From assembly GCA_008632985.1 (NCBI GenBank), contig QPGO01000026.1:496001-560000 (forward strand): 64,000 bases of DNA, written 5' to 3'. The notes below the pieces were generated by a model. That model was not told the origin of the DNA. It saw nothing but the letters and a program-made list of their open reading frames with translations, and searched no databases. How positions within the stretch are numbered: the stretch's first letter is position 1; each line of letters starts with the position of its first letter. The DNA comes from Psammoneis japonica (Eukaryota). This document shows positions 34,700 through 46,200 of this stretch, in pieces. A program made the position numbers and the translations under genes.

Positions 34700-37600
34700 T
34701 CTCTTTGTCTGCTGCAAGGACCTGGCTCACCAACTGTTGATCCTGCTCATGACACTGTCAAACTTGCTGCGTTCAAAAACAAAGTTGGGCATCTGCGCGT
34801 GGCAGCCACACTGGACGTTTCGATGCATTCATCCGTTTTGTCAGAGTTTTGGATTGATGAGTTATCTCAATCAAGCACGTCAATGCAACGTTCGAAAAGC
34901 ATGTTCTTGCACACCCTTTTGCAGGTTTGGTGTGCAAAGGCATCCTCTCCCCGCTTCTGCACTGTCTTTTAAATTTTTTTGGCTTTGGTTTTAAGAAGTC
35001 TCTCACCTGTAGAAGCACGCGTTTGCATTGGATCTCCCAGGAACGTCCGGTGGAATGGGGTGTGCAGCTGAGCGTGATTTTTCCCAGTGTCGTTGTCAAC
35101 AGTCCTGTCGCTGTGACAAATTGTTGTGTCCATGTGTGCAACAAGAACTCTCTTGACTCCGCAGCCCAGGGCTTTGCCGTCAAGCTGCACTTCCTCAGGG
35201 AGCTGACAGGAACAGTGACAATGTGCGTGACAGCAAAGAACATGTTCAAGAAAGGATGAAAAGGTCAACATGTCGGACAGCACAGAGCCTGTGCACCCGT
35301 TGCCCTTTGGCTGGGGTTTTTTGCAATGATGCTTCTCCGCACAATTGTGCATTGGGAACAAAAGCTGATGTGGGTTGTCAGTGTCTTCCACATCGGCATC
35401 TGGTTCTGTTGATGGTTGCTCAAGTTTCTTCTGTGCGACAGTCTTTCTCAATTTTTGGTCGAGACACTTCTCCACATTGGTCACGAACTCCACCTTGAGG
35501 ATGCCTTGGCACCTGTCCTGTGGGATTGGGCACATGAGGGATTGGGCACGTGAGGGATTGCACACCTCCCTGGGAGGGACATGAGACATGCTGTTTTCCC
35601 TTGATTGCCTTCAAAATCTTCCAAGATTCGACAAACTGCTGATCTGTCTGGAAATTGTCAAAACCGTCTTCAAGCAAAAAGCCAAAGCCGTGGAGCTTGA
35701 GGTTCTTGATTGCAAATTGGACCAAACAAGGTTTTCTGTCAAATGCGTTGCTGTGGTTGTGGTCTGTTGTGCAGCACAAATCTTTCCTGAAGGGAAAGAC
35801 ACTGGGTGGCAAGGCGGGGTCATCCTCTGGTGTTGTGTCTGCGGCCTGCGGCAGGCTTGGTGGCTGGCTCAGTCAACTGCCGTTTCCTTTTTTCTCCAAT
35901 GGCATGCATCCAGTTCCTTTGCTTGGTTTTTCCTTCTGTGATGACTTGATCTTAGATGCTGATGGAAAGGTGGTGCATTTCTTTGCTTGTTGTTCATGAG
36001 CTTTTTTCCATCATCTCACGCGTGCCACTGCACTGCATCGCTGCAGCTAGATGAAACAACATTCCAATCTTTTGGAGTGTGTCATCAGGGTCATTCTGGT
36101 GAACCGGAGCTCAAACAGCCTTTGGGACAGTTGCAAAAGGCACTGGATCTGGTGGACCCCACCACTGCCACCAACTCCTTTTTGAATGATTCCTTTTCCT
36201 TTGAGTCAAACCATGATGCACAACAGTGGCTACATTCTCTCCACCTCCAGCCTCCGAAGAGTGGAGATGATTGTCCACGGTGGTGGCAAAGACACCCCAG
36301 GGGTCACTGTCAAAATCAACACCATCAAAGGCATTTCTCAAGGGGTGCATTGTGCATGGTCTGGCTGGCAGGGCGATGGCAAGCTTCTGTTGCCATTTCA
36401 GGAAATCTTCCATCCGTCCGCATGTCAAGATTTCATTGGCGGATGCACCGTGACAGCCAAGTGCCATTTGTCAAGATGCAACACTGTGCTCAGATTTTTG
36501 GAGTGCAAGACAGGCTGTTTTCTTTTGTGGGGAGGAATGTGTTAGAGGCATTTGTTGACAAACACATGTGCAATCTGTGAACCTGACCGGCGCCACCTCC
36601 ATTGGTGGCCTTGCGACCGCATGTGCAGTCCTGTGATTTCTGGTCACCAAAGACAGGGCCTTGGACAAGGAGAGCGCGCATTGGCCAACATCGCCCACCC
36701 AAATTGACCATCATCCCAGGAGGGTGCTTCTGAAGATGCTTCAAATCCTCCAACAGAAACAACAACATGTCCTGGCATGCCTGCATGTTTGCTGACAAAT
36801 CAGGTGATGACGAATCATCCTCCAGGGAATTGCCACTGTCATCGGCAGAAACAGAGGAGGCACCTTTGTTGGTGCTTGGTGTGAAACCTGAATTCCAACA
36901 GGAGAAAGAGTGTTCACGAGCTTTCCTCTTCAAGAGGAGGGTGCAGAATGACCAGGGTTCAAGTGGATGTTGTTGGCAGGCATCTGTTCTTGTCTGGTCT
37001 GTGCACGAGCCTGTTGGCAGAAGCAGGTCATTCTCGGGATCGAAATCGGCAGGGAGGTTGTCGCAGGTGTTGGTGACCATTTGTTGCAAACTGTTTCTCC
37101 GAGGTCACAGTTGTTGACTGGAACAAACTTGCAGAAACGTTCATCCATTGATTGGTTCACATTGAGATTGTGATGGTTGTCAAAAAGGGAGTGGGCAAGC
37201 AAGTCCCTCAACATGTCCTGCATCCAGAAACGGGCAACTTGGGGCCACGAATGATGCGTGTGTCTGGCTTGGGCAGGTGCACCTTCGCACTGAGGCTTTT
37301 AAGCAACTTTTTGCGCCGAAGTGCGCTGGAGGCATCAAACCTCTTTTTCTTACATGGATGTTGCAGTGAGGTGAGCAGGGAATTGCAGAATCCTCTGGTG
37401 GCACCGAAATTGTCACACAATGTGTTCAGCTCAAGAGATGCTTCCTCAGCCAACATGAAGCTGTCGTCAGGGGGGGGGGCAGTGGCACATTTTCTTCTGC
37501 ATCCACACCAATGTCAGCAGAAGAGTCAATGGTGCCAGGAAACATTTCGAAGAGAGACATGGTGTCGTCGTCCTCTCCATTGGTGTCAGAACCATTGCTG

Positions 37601-37900
37601 CATGTCGAGTCATCATTGTCTTGTTCTTTTGGGGCACCATTGTCAGAATCCAAATCAGTGGCAGTGAACTCTCCAGGGCAACTAGCCGGGGAACTGGTGT
37701 TGGAGGTGTCAACGGTGATTTTGGAGGAAGAGTGATTGTTGGATGGAGATTGGAAGGAGGACGTTGACGGCAAGTCCTCATCCCCACTTTGACGGAGGAG
37801 CAACACAGTTGCTTGGGACAGAGTGCTCAAATCACCAGAAGAGATGTCAACACAACCGATTTGGTGGGGCTTGCATTTGCAGCGACGGGCATGAACCATT
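34700..37900 (-). mobile_element. Plavaka-type transposase, hypermutated and frameshifted
   Basis: QDMLRDLL, LLLP..CTDQTRTD...PLEPWSF..LLKRKARE..W..GFTPS, VFGDQKSQDCTCGRK..GGAGQVHR..MC, NAFDGVDF...GVF.TT.D.HLHSSEAG, and STGERLLKTKAK occur in the order expected for Plavaka transposases. Confidence 0.7.
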
Positions 37901-40094
37901 TGCAAAGGATCAAATTGCAGGGTGGGGGTGCACACGTTTGATGGGAAACAGTGTGGACTTCTTGGAAAACAGGTTTGCTGATTGATTTGAAATCGAATTG
38001 TTGAACAGGCAGTGGAGTGATTGAAAATGCACGGGCGTGCTGTGCAGCCAGTCGGGCATTTAAAAATGCAGTGAGGGACAATTGCATTGTGTTTGAAACT
38101 TGGGTGAGTGAATTCAAAATGCACAAGTGAACATGTGGGCACAAATGAAATAAATGTGCATCTCATGTTCAGGACATGAGGTTCGCGACATGCAGGGAAA
38201 TCACATTTGCAACGGTGAACCGGCCAGAAAACAAGGTGCGCAAGACTGGCACAGGAAGGGACGAGCACTTGGGAAACAAAACCACACAAAAAACAAAGCA
38301 AAGACATGGCAACCACGGTGCAGAGGCAGATCAATCCAGCTGAGTGGATGGACGACAATGAGAAGGTGGGCAGAGACATGGTGAGGTGAGAGACCACGTC
38401 AAAGACAAGGTGTTCCTCAGCATGATGTTCGTGTTTGATGCCAGGCAGTTGGAGGAAACCAACATGCTGCACAGAGACTACGCCCAGAATTGCGGACCAA
38501 CGCTGATGGACAGAATGCTGCCGGAGCTCCCAGAAGTGGTTCAGAAGAACTGCCTGCATTTCCTGTGGATGAAAATGAAACAAACCAGGTTGTGCCAGGA
38601 TTGGCTTGCAATGAAGTGATCCAATGCATGTCAGGCACAGCAGGACAAATTTCACAGCAAGCAATGATGCAGCTGTGGATTGCTGTTAAAAATGGGGGTG
38701 ACGACTAACATGGGGATTGTTTTGTTGCCATGGACGCAGTGCTGTGTGCCTGCTGTGAAAAGAACAATTGCATCTTGTCTTCACCTGAAAGATTCCAAGA
38801 TCAATTGTCGAATCCAACATTGCAGATGGTGTTCCATGACTGCTTGTTGCAGCCAGTTGTGGGAGACATTCGTTGGAAGAAAAGCCCAACCAAAAAAAAA
38901 GGTTGGTCACATCATGTGCCGAGGCATTCGCCCACATGCTCCTCAAGAACAACTGTGTTGCGTGGCATGCGGAGTGCAAGAGCAACAACAACAACAGCAG
39001 TTTGATGTCAGACCACGATGTCAAGCTGACAACCAAGGAACACCCACCAGAAGGGGAGACTTGTGTGAGACTGTGATGCCAGATGTCACAGTTCTCAAGG
39101 TGGAGCATGAAAATGGATCAAGCTCATTCACCATTTTGGAAAAGAAACCTGAAGAAGACACAGAGCAAGGAATGGCAGAGGAAATGACAAACAAATTCAA
39201 GGAGGCAAGGGAGGAGTCCATTGAGAGCCACAACAAATGCATCAGGAAGGTGAGAGAGGAGCAATCAATGCAGGACAGGTTGTCAGTCATGACAGAGGTC
39301 ACAACAGAGCCACAGAACAACAAGAACCTGCCCAATGAAGAACATGGGGCAAAGAAGAGAAAGTGCATGAGATGCCTGAAGCACTTCACGGCGGGTGACT
39401 CCAAGAGCGGAGATGCGGAACAAGGGAGTGCACCCAGGAAATGCAAGAGGGCGGCTGGAAGAGCAAGGGATGGTCACTGAGGGTGAACAAGTTCTTCAAG
39501 AAGATGGTGAGGGAAATCAAACAAGACATTGTGAGCAAATGACTGGGCCGATGGGAGGATTTGCACAGGAAGATTGTGGCAGAGCGTGACAGGAAAGTGG
39601 AGGAGGGGGACAATGAGTTGGAGGATGAGGAAGACCACGTGGTGGATTGCGCCAAGACACACGAACTGGAGTCAATGCCATTTTAGCAGACAATGCATGA
39701 AAAACAGCTGTTGCGTTTGTTGCAAATGACGTTGCAGACAAAATCTAAATTGAACAACTGCATCACACGGTGGCAATTGGAAAGCAATTGGGGAAGGGCT
39801 CAACACAAATGGCGTTTTGGGACACAAGTCAAGCAATCTGTTGTCAGTCAGTTGTCGAAAGTGTTCAAATGGAACATCGTGATGGAGTCGACTTTTTACA
39901 TTGCAGTCAACTCATTGGTTTTGGAAACTGTGGACATTTGTTGGAAATGCCGGACATTCATTTGTACAAAAATCACACACATTTGTCACAAATGGGTGTG
40001 ATTCGTGTTTGTCGGCGTCATTTGTTCACAAATGAATTGACATGGTTGTGCTCACACATGTTTTGTCAGACTGCGGCAAGGTTGGGCCCCTGAT

Positions 40095-40620
40095 GAACAC
40101 ATTGAACATTGGTTGACTGCAACTCATCAACTCCAGAAGAAACCTGCAGGTGCAAGGCACGAGCATGCATGACGCGACCACGTGTGCCGTTGTGCACACA
40201 ATGCTTCCAGCCCTCACACCAAAATGATTCTCTTCTTTGACACAGATGCTTCTGGCAGATGATGCCAACTGTGGACACTGAACATTGGTTGAGTGCAATT
40301 TGTCAGCTCTAGAAAGAACCCGCAGGTTGCAGGCAAGAGCATGCATGATGCATCCTTGTGTGCCATTTTACACACAATGCTTCTGGCCCTCACACCAAAA
40401 TTATTCTCTTCTTTGATGCAGACACCACTGGCTGTGGAGTGCCGCTGGCCATGGAGCAGGGATTGCTGCCGCAGGATTGCTGACAAACATTGACTGCAGC
40501 ACTCTCTCTAAAAGAATCCTGCGGTGGTTTTTTGTTCATGGAAAGGCGTGCACAACGTGACCGCATGAACCGTTTTGCAAATGATGCTTCGGGCCCTCAC
40601 AGCAAAATTCTTCTTTGGTT
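40095..40620. repeat. About three degenerate tandem units (~180-200 bp), probably a coding repeat on the minus strand
   Basis: ATGCTTC..GCCCTCACA.CAAAA at ~40201, ~40376 and ~40583. The minus strand reads (N)FGVRA(G/R)SIVC or FAVRARSIIC three times. Confidence 0.7.
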
Positions 40621-42129
40621 CTTCTTCTCTTCTTTGATGCAGGTGCTGCTGGCTCTGGAACAGGGATTGTTGCTGCCACAGAATTGGCTGCTTGCAGGTT
40701 GGTGGGGAAGCAAAACAGTGACAAACTGCCAAACAAACCAACACTTGTTTGGATCCATGGCAATGGCGGCATCGGAGCCGGGCGGAAGGGCAATGATGGG
40801 AGTTTGGGGAGAGTGGCTCCCTGCTTCAGAGTTTCTTCACACAAAATGTCTTCCACTGTTGACTCAAAGTCTGGACCAAAATGTTCAAAATCTGGTGGAT
40901 CAGCAACTCCAACATTGTCGGTCAAGCATGCCGTCGCATTGGTTGGGCCGACAAGCGAGTGATTCTGGCTCAGCAAAGGCGGGGTTTGCAAGCCAGCATC
41001 TGGTGTGGAAGCCAAGCAATGCAAAGGATCCACAGTGGGGATGCTTTCCCATGAACAGTCTAGAACTGAGCAACTCAGCAGTCCACCGCCTTCTTGAGTT
41101 GCAAGAAATGCGCTCTCCAACAGACCCCTCCTGAACAAATTGTTTTTGCACTCCTTTGGCAGTGCCAGAAGGAAATTGGGCTGCACCTCTTTCAGAACCC
41201 AAACAGTCAGTTCATCTGGTGGATGGCAATTGGAAGCATTCAGATTTCTGTGGCACATCGCATCGTGACCCTTCTTGCAGCATGGTCCCCTCACACACCG
41301 TGGACACATTTTTGTTCCGAAGTCAACTCGAGTGAGCATGTTCTTTCGCATTTCTTTGCTCTCATTGAAAAGACAGTGTGCACATCTAAAAATTATTTGT
41401 TCCTCTGTTGCTGGGCATGATTCGCAAACCCATTCCAGCAAGTCGGCGTGTTCTGTTCAAACATTTTTAACTTTGAGGAAGACGGCGTGGGTGCTCCTTT
41501 TTGCACTCGCACTCATTTTGACAAAGAGCAGAGCCGCAACAACAAGAGCAAGAGTTGCAAAGTTGTGATGAGATGCAGCAATGTCGTGCTTCTTGAAAAG
41601 GAAAAGTGTCGACAATGGAAAAGCATGCAGCACGGTGACGTTCAACAATTTTCAAAGATTAGCGCGGCAATTTCTATTTGTCACATCTACGGAAATTTTG
41701 TATGAAGGGGGGCCATGTCGCATGTGCCAAAATACGGCCGAATTTAATGGGGGGGCTTACGTAAAAACAGCGCCCCCCCCCCCCCGCAAAATCTCCCGCG
41801 GATAGATGGATAGATATCCGTCCGTCCGTCCCTCGACCATTTGAATCGTCAGTCCGCCGCTGGTGGAAGGGGACAGACATTGGCGCAGGAATGGATTCAC
41901 TCGACTAATTGAATGACTGTGGTTATCCAGAATGCACCCACGCTCTACTACTCGCTCTAAGCAAGCAAAAATAGTAGCTAGTAGCTAGCTAGAGTGCTCA
42001 TAGATTGATCTGTGATCCATCTGTTACAGTTCTATGTGACGCTTCTTTCTTATTTTGTGTACCCTGGCAACACTTGTTGGTGTCCTCGACATTGTGGCCT
42101 CTTCAACTCGTGCGAGTGCTAGTTGCTTT

Positions 42130-42885
42130 TCATGATGACAACGTCAAGATCTTGTCCAAATCCATATAGCTTCCTTTATAGTCACATCCACTCTCAGAAT
42201 ACGCCTTGTTCCAATCGAGCGTGGCGTGAAATCCATATTTTGTTTTGATTTGTTCCATGCCAACATTTCCATTGCTCGGTCCCAAGTCTAAGTGTTCAAT
42301 GTTGACATCAATGCATCGCTGTATGGCGGTGTAAACACTGTGAAACCAGAGATTTTCCTTGTTGACAGCCTGATAAAACCACATGCATCGCATTGTTTTG
42401 CCCTTGACAATGGTGCTAGTCCAGCACACTAGTTTGTTCTTGTTCTTGTTGTCTCTATATTCGTCAATTGTTCCAATCATGCAGTATGCAAAGAAGAACC
42501 GAATCGATCCCACCAAGAATCCAGTACACCATGATTTCATGACGCGTTGTTCGTGTTGAACGCACACCCAAAAGTGCTCCCAACCAAGTTGTTTTCCTCT
42601 AAACAATGCAAAATTCTCCTTGACGACTCGATCAACACGTTTCATGGTACACCGAGCGGATCTATTATCAAGAGATTGAATATAGGCAGACAAGTTTGGA
42701 AAACGACCTCCTATTCGGGCAATGGAATGTTTCTTTATTGCTCCATGTCGTCGAATGCCCAAGCACAGATCCGTGATCCATACTCCGTCTTCTCGCTTGA
42801 ACGGAAACAGGTACCGGTAGCACAAATAATAACAAGAGTAGCAGCCACCGCAAAGGATACCTGACCAAAGGATAGCCATTGTCAT
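42130..42885 (-). CDS. Uncharacterised protein with N-terminal hydrophobic anchor and a GNAT/FemAB-like C-terminal fold, ~251 aa
   Basis: Intact ORF with normal composition and first ATG at 42885. LVCWTSTIVKGKTMRCMWFYQ..LWFHSV..AIQRCI....HLDLGPS....KTKYGF matches the GNAT C-terminal pattern (DLG....K.K.G). Confidence 0.6.
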   Translation of the reverse strand: MTMAILWSGILCGGCYSCYYLCYRYLFPFKREDGVWITDLCLGIRRHGAIKKHSIARIGGRFPNLSAYIQSLDNRSARCTMKRVDRVVKENFALFRGKQLGWEHFWVCVQHEQRVMKSWCTGFLVGSIRFFFAYCMIGTIDEYRDNKNKNKLVCWTSTIVKGKTMRCMWFYQAVNKENLWFHSVYTAIQRCIDVNIEHLDLGPSNGNVGMEQIKTKYGFHATLDWNKAYSESGCDYKGSYMDLDKILTLSS

Positions 42886-43130
42886 TTTCTTAATTGACAC
42901 AACAACAAACAGAGCGCAGTGCTTTTGTGCCAATTGGCATTGCGACCCTCAACCCGCGATCCGCAATAGAATCATCTCTTTTGTTGCTGAGACGCGCGCT
43001 TATCGCGGTTCGTTGTGTTCGTTGGAATTCTGTATGTTGGAGGAACCAAAAATGTCTCCTGCAAGGACGACTCACTCGACTCTAGCTAGTTACGCTTCTA
43101 CTACACTGTATCGGCCATGTTTCGACCGAA

Positions 43131-43190
43131 TCTCTCTCTACTAGTAGTAGAGAGAGTCTCTACTAGTAGTAGAGAGAGAGAGAGCCCTAC
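43131..43190. repeat. Quasi-palindromic (TC)n-TACTAGTAGTA-(GA)n tandem duplication
   Basis: TCTCTACTAGTAGTAGAGAGAG at 43135 and 43157; each unit can form a hairpin. Confidence 0.7.
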
Positions 43191-43237
43191 TGCGACTGCT
43201 TCTCTCTAGTAGAGACATGATTTCTGTAGTTGACATT

Positions 43238-46200
43238 CTATTTTTCATCACGAGGGAGCTGGTTAAGGACACGAGATTCGAGCTGCTCTCTTGAGTGTTC
43301 GGACAGGGTGGGAAGCAGCGAAGAACATAGTTCTCGGGCTTCCAAGAGAAGCGTCTCGGACAACAGTTTTTCCACAAGCTGTGCCGTCTCGACCTCAAAT
43401 GTGGAAGAACCATGTGAACTCAGCATTTCCAATCTCAATCGAAGGCTGCTACGGTGCGTCCGAGCCTTGCGAGCCATGGCAAGGTCTTTTGCTTGCTCAA
43501 AACAGAAAATGGCCTTGTCCAGTAGACTGACGGCTCGAGTCAAGTCAGGCTCTTGCTCGGCAGATTCAGCATTATCCATTCCGGATGCCAACCATTCATC
43601 CCGCGTCATGGTCATAGCGTCAACATCATCTACATTGTTGCGAGTACCCAACGCTTCCTCGGCTCCATGTTTCGTACTTGTTGTGGTGAGCCACCGGACA
43701 AAAGCATCACCGGCCTTTGAGGCTGTAGTTTCCGCAAAGAAGAGCTGCTCAATGCACCTTGTAGTGGCTGTGTACAAAAGCTTGAGTTGCCCCTCAACCT
43801 CGGGGTATTTGAGTTTAAAGTCGGCGTCTTCTCTGCCTAACAGCAAGTCACGCCAGGGCTTTTGCATTTGGGAAGGAAGGGAAGAAAAGAAATCCAACAA
43901 AATGACACTTTTAAACTCAAGTCCCTTCGCGTCACGAATTCCATACACGAGTGGATATCCTGCCAAGCGCCGCTTCCAGTGGGAAACTTTGGAATCATGT
44001 GTGAGAATGTAGGCACCATTCAGCTTCTCGGTGACGAGAGTTCGCAGTCGGTCACCACTGACTTTGTGAAATAATCCAGGTCGCGGACCGCGGAACAAAC
44101 CACGATCCTTTTTGAGCTGCTTGGCACTGTCCGGGAAAGCGTCAAACATGCATTGCAAAACCGCACCAGCCACATTCAGAATACCAGAGTGGCTACGAAA
44201 GTTCACGTTGACCGTTCTTGGCTTGTCAGGGATGAGATCACGACGTTTTGAGCCCGCGATGTGATACCCGACCGAACGAATCTCTTCAAAACGAAATTCG
44301 ACGCCTTCAACAACACTCTGCGCAGGATCACCGCAAAGAAACAAGTCCCCTGGTCCGCTAAGATAAAAGAAGAGAAGACATTCCGCCTGTGTGTAGTCCT
44401 GAATCTCGTCCACGTAGATCTTGTTTTTTCTGGCTTTGTTATAAATGTCCGGCTGTGATGCTTTGGCTTCGACCAACCGTTGAAGAAGTGATACGACACG
44501 GTCGCAATCATCCCAGAGATTCAGCTCGTTGACATATTTCTGGTATCGCAGAAAAACACTGTATATGATTTGACGGTGTTCTTCTGAAAGACGGCATCGT
44601 TTCTTTCCCAACTTCGTTTCAGGGACGTACTCATCTTTCGACAGCAAGTGAGATTTCGTTTGGACCGCTTCGATTGACCCCTTAATAAAGGTTCGGATGT
44701 TGGTCCACACAACAAGCGGGTCGATGTCTCCCGGTGTTTCGGCCCAATATACATCCCGTTTGAAACGGGCAAAATCTACTAACTGGCTCGGAGGAAAGAT
44801 ATTCTTGACTCCCTCGAGGTTTGGTAAAAGACTTTCCAGGGAATGTAACAATTGCCGGAAAGTGGTGAACGTGCAGCAGTCGTGAGGACCAATGGTGTCA
44901 TTCACATATCTGCATAGTTTTCGGGACCGAGCAACAAACAACTGCGAGAAACAAGGGTCGCAAGCCCATCGTCGTCGATCTAAGTCCATACGATTGCAGA
45001 TGCAGATCGTTTTTCCCGTGCCACTGCGACCGAGAACCAACACGGTTCCCTTGGCTTCAACTATATTGCGTTCCTCGTCAGTGAGATGAAGATGGGGCAT
45101 CCAAGATGCATGGGCGACATCTTCAAGTTCGGTGGTCTTGACTTCGTATACCTTCAGCGGTACGTTACCTAACGGATCCAAAAGGACACGCATTTCGCTC
45201 TCGGGAGACGCCGAGCTTTGCATTCCAGTATTCATAAACTCTGGCAAAGTCGACACTGGCATCTGCTGACGTTCTCTTCGACTTTCCGATTCATTGATCA
45301 GCTGCATCAAACGCGACACGTTCTTGTGCTTGGCCACAAACCACACCAACAACTCGTCGTGTTTGGTGCTTGGAGGGGTCCACAAGATTCGATGTCCAGA
45401 CTTTTGTTCGAGATAAGTCTCGAAGACTGGAAGTCTGCTACCCTTCAATCTCTTGGCCAGAATTCGACTTCGATCGCCAGCCGCAAGCTGTTGCATTCTT
45501 CGGATGAAAAAATGCCGATATTTTGCATCGCTTTGTTTCAGCCACTTAACTACGTCACTTGTCATATGAATTTTTGTGCGTGAGGAAAGCAACAGTTTCT
45601 CCGCCCAGTCCTCCTCTGACTCTGGGTCGTCGTCGTTGTCACAGCTGAAAGTCGGCACCGCCAGCTCATCCTGTGTCCTTTCTGGGACTTCCAAGTCAAC
45701 AATTGCATTCATGGCATTCTCACTGGCTTCTACAAGCTTCCTTCCCATCTCCGACAACGCCTCTAAGTCTACCAACTCAGCCCGTTTCATGTCACACTGC
45801 TCCTCTCGTATCGTCGACCAATTCAAAACATCTGAGGATATGTTAGAGAGCGCATTGACCACTTTTGCCCAAATCAACTGGAATCGCTTTGAATCTTCAA
45901 CACGCAAAAGAATCGTGGAATAAAAGGATCTCCGGGCGAATCTGCCTCTATGTCGTGCTTGAAGTCTCGTCACTCCTCGAATCATTCGGTTTTTCCGCTG
46001 CACAGAGAGAATCCGACGAATGTGAATGTCCAAGAAGGAAGATATAACTTCTCGTGCCCGCCGTTCCCTGATCCACCGTTCCGCTCGTGACGCCTTGCTT
46101 GCGACCGCGACTTGCAACACATTCCTGCCCTGCAAATCTAATGCCGAGAGGTCCATGTTTTTTGTGCTCACAAGCCATTCCAATACGTCCGTTCGATCAT

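Noticed and set aside
38200..39700. Charged coiled-coil-like ORF remnants upstream of the Plavaka gene
   Set aside because: Probably TE cargo, but no recognisable motif supports a call.
15750..41700. Hundreds of overlapping 60-400 aa ORFs rich in Cys, His, Gln and Trp in all six frames
   Set aside because: Artefact of TpA loss: TAA and TAG stops are erased and Tyr is nearly absent. These are not genes or metal-binding proteins.
15600..41700. Classical fungal RIP
   Set aside because: RIP raises TpA and lowers CpA/TpG; the opposite is seen, and the large tandem gene duplicate is untouched.
41700..41830. G/C-run-rich segment as the right terminus of a large Plavaka element
   Set aside because: It coincides with the domain border, but I found no matching inverted terminus or TSD in the window.
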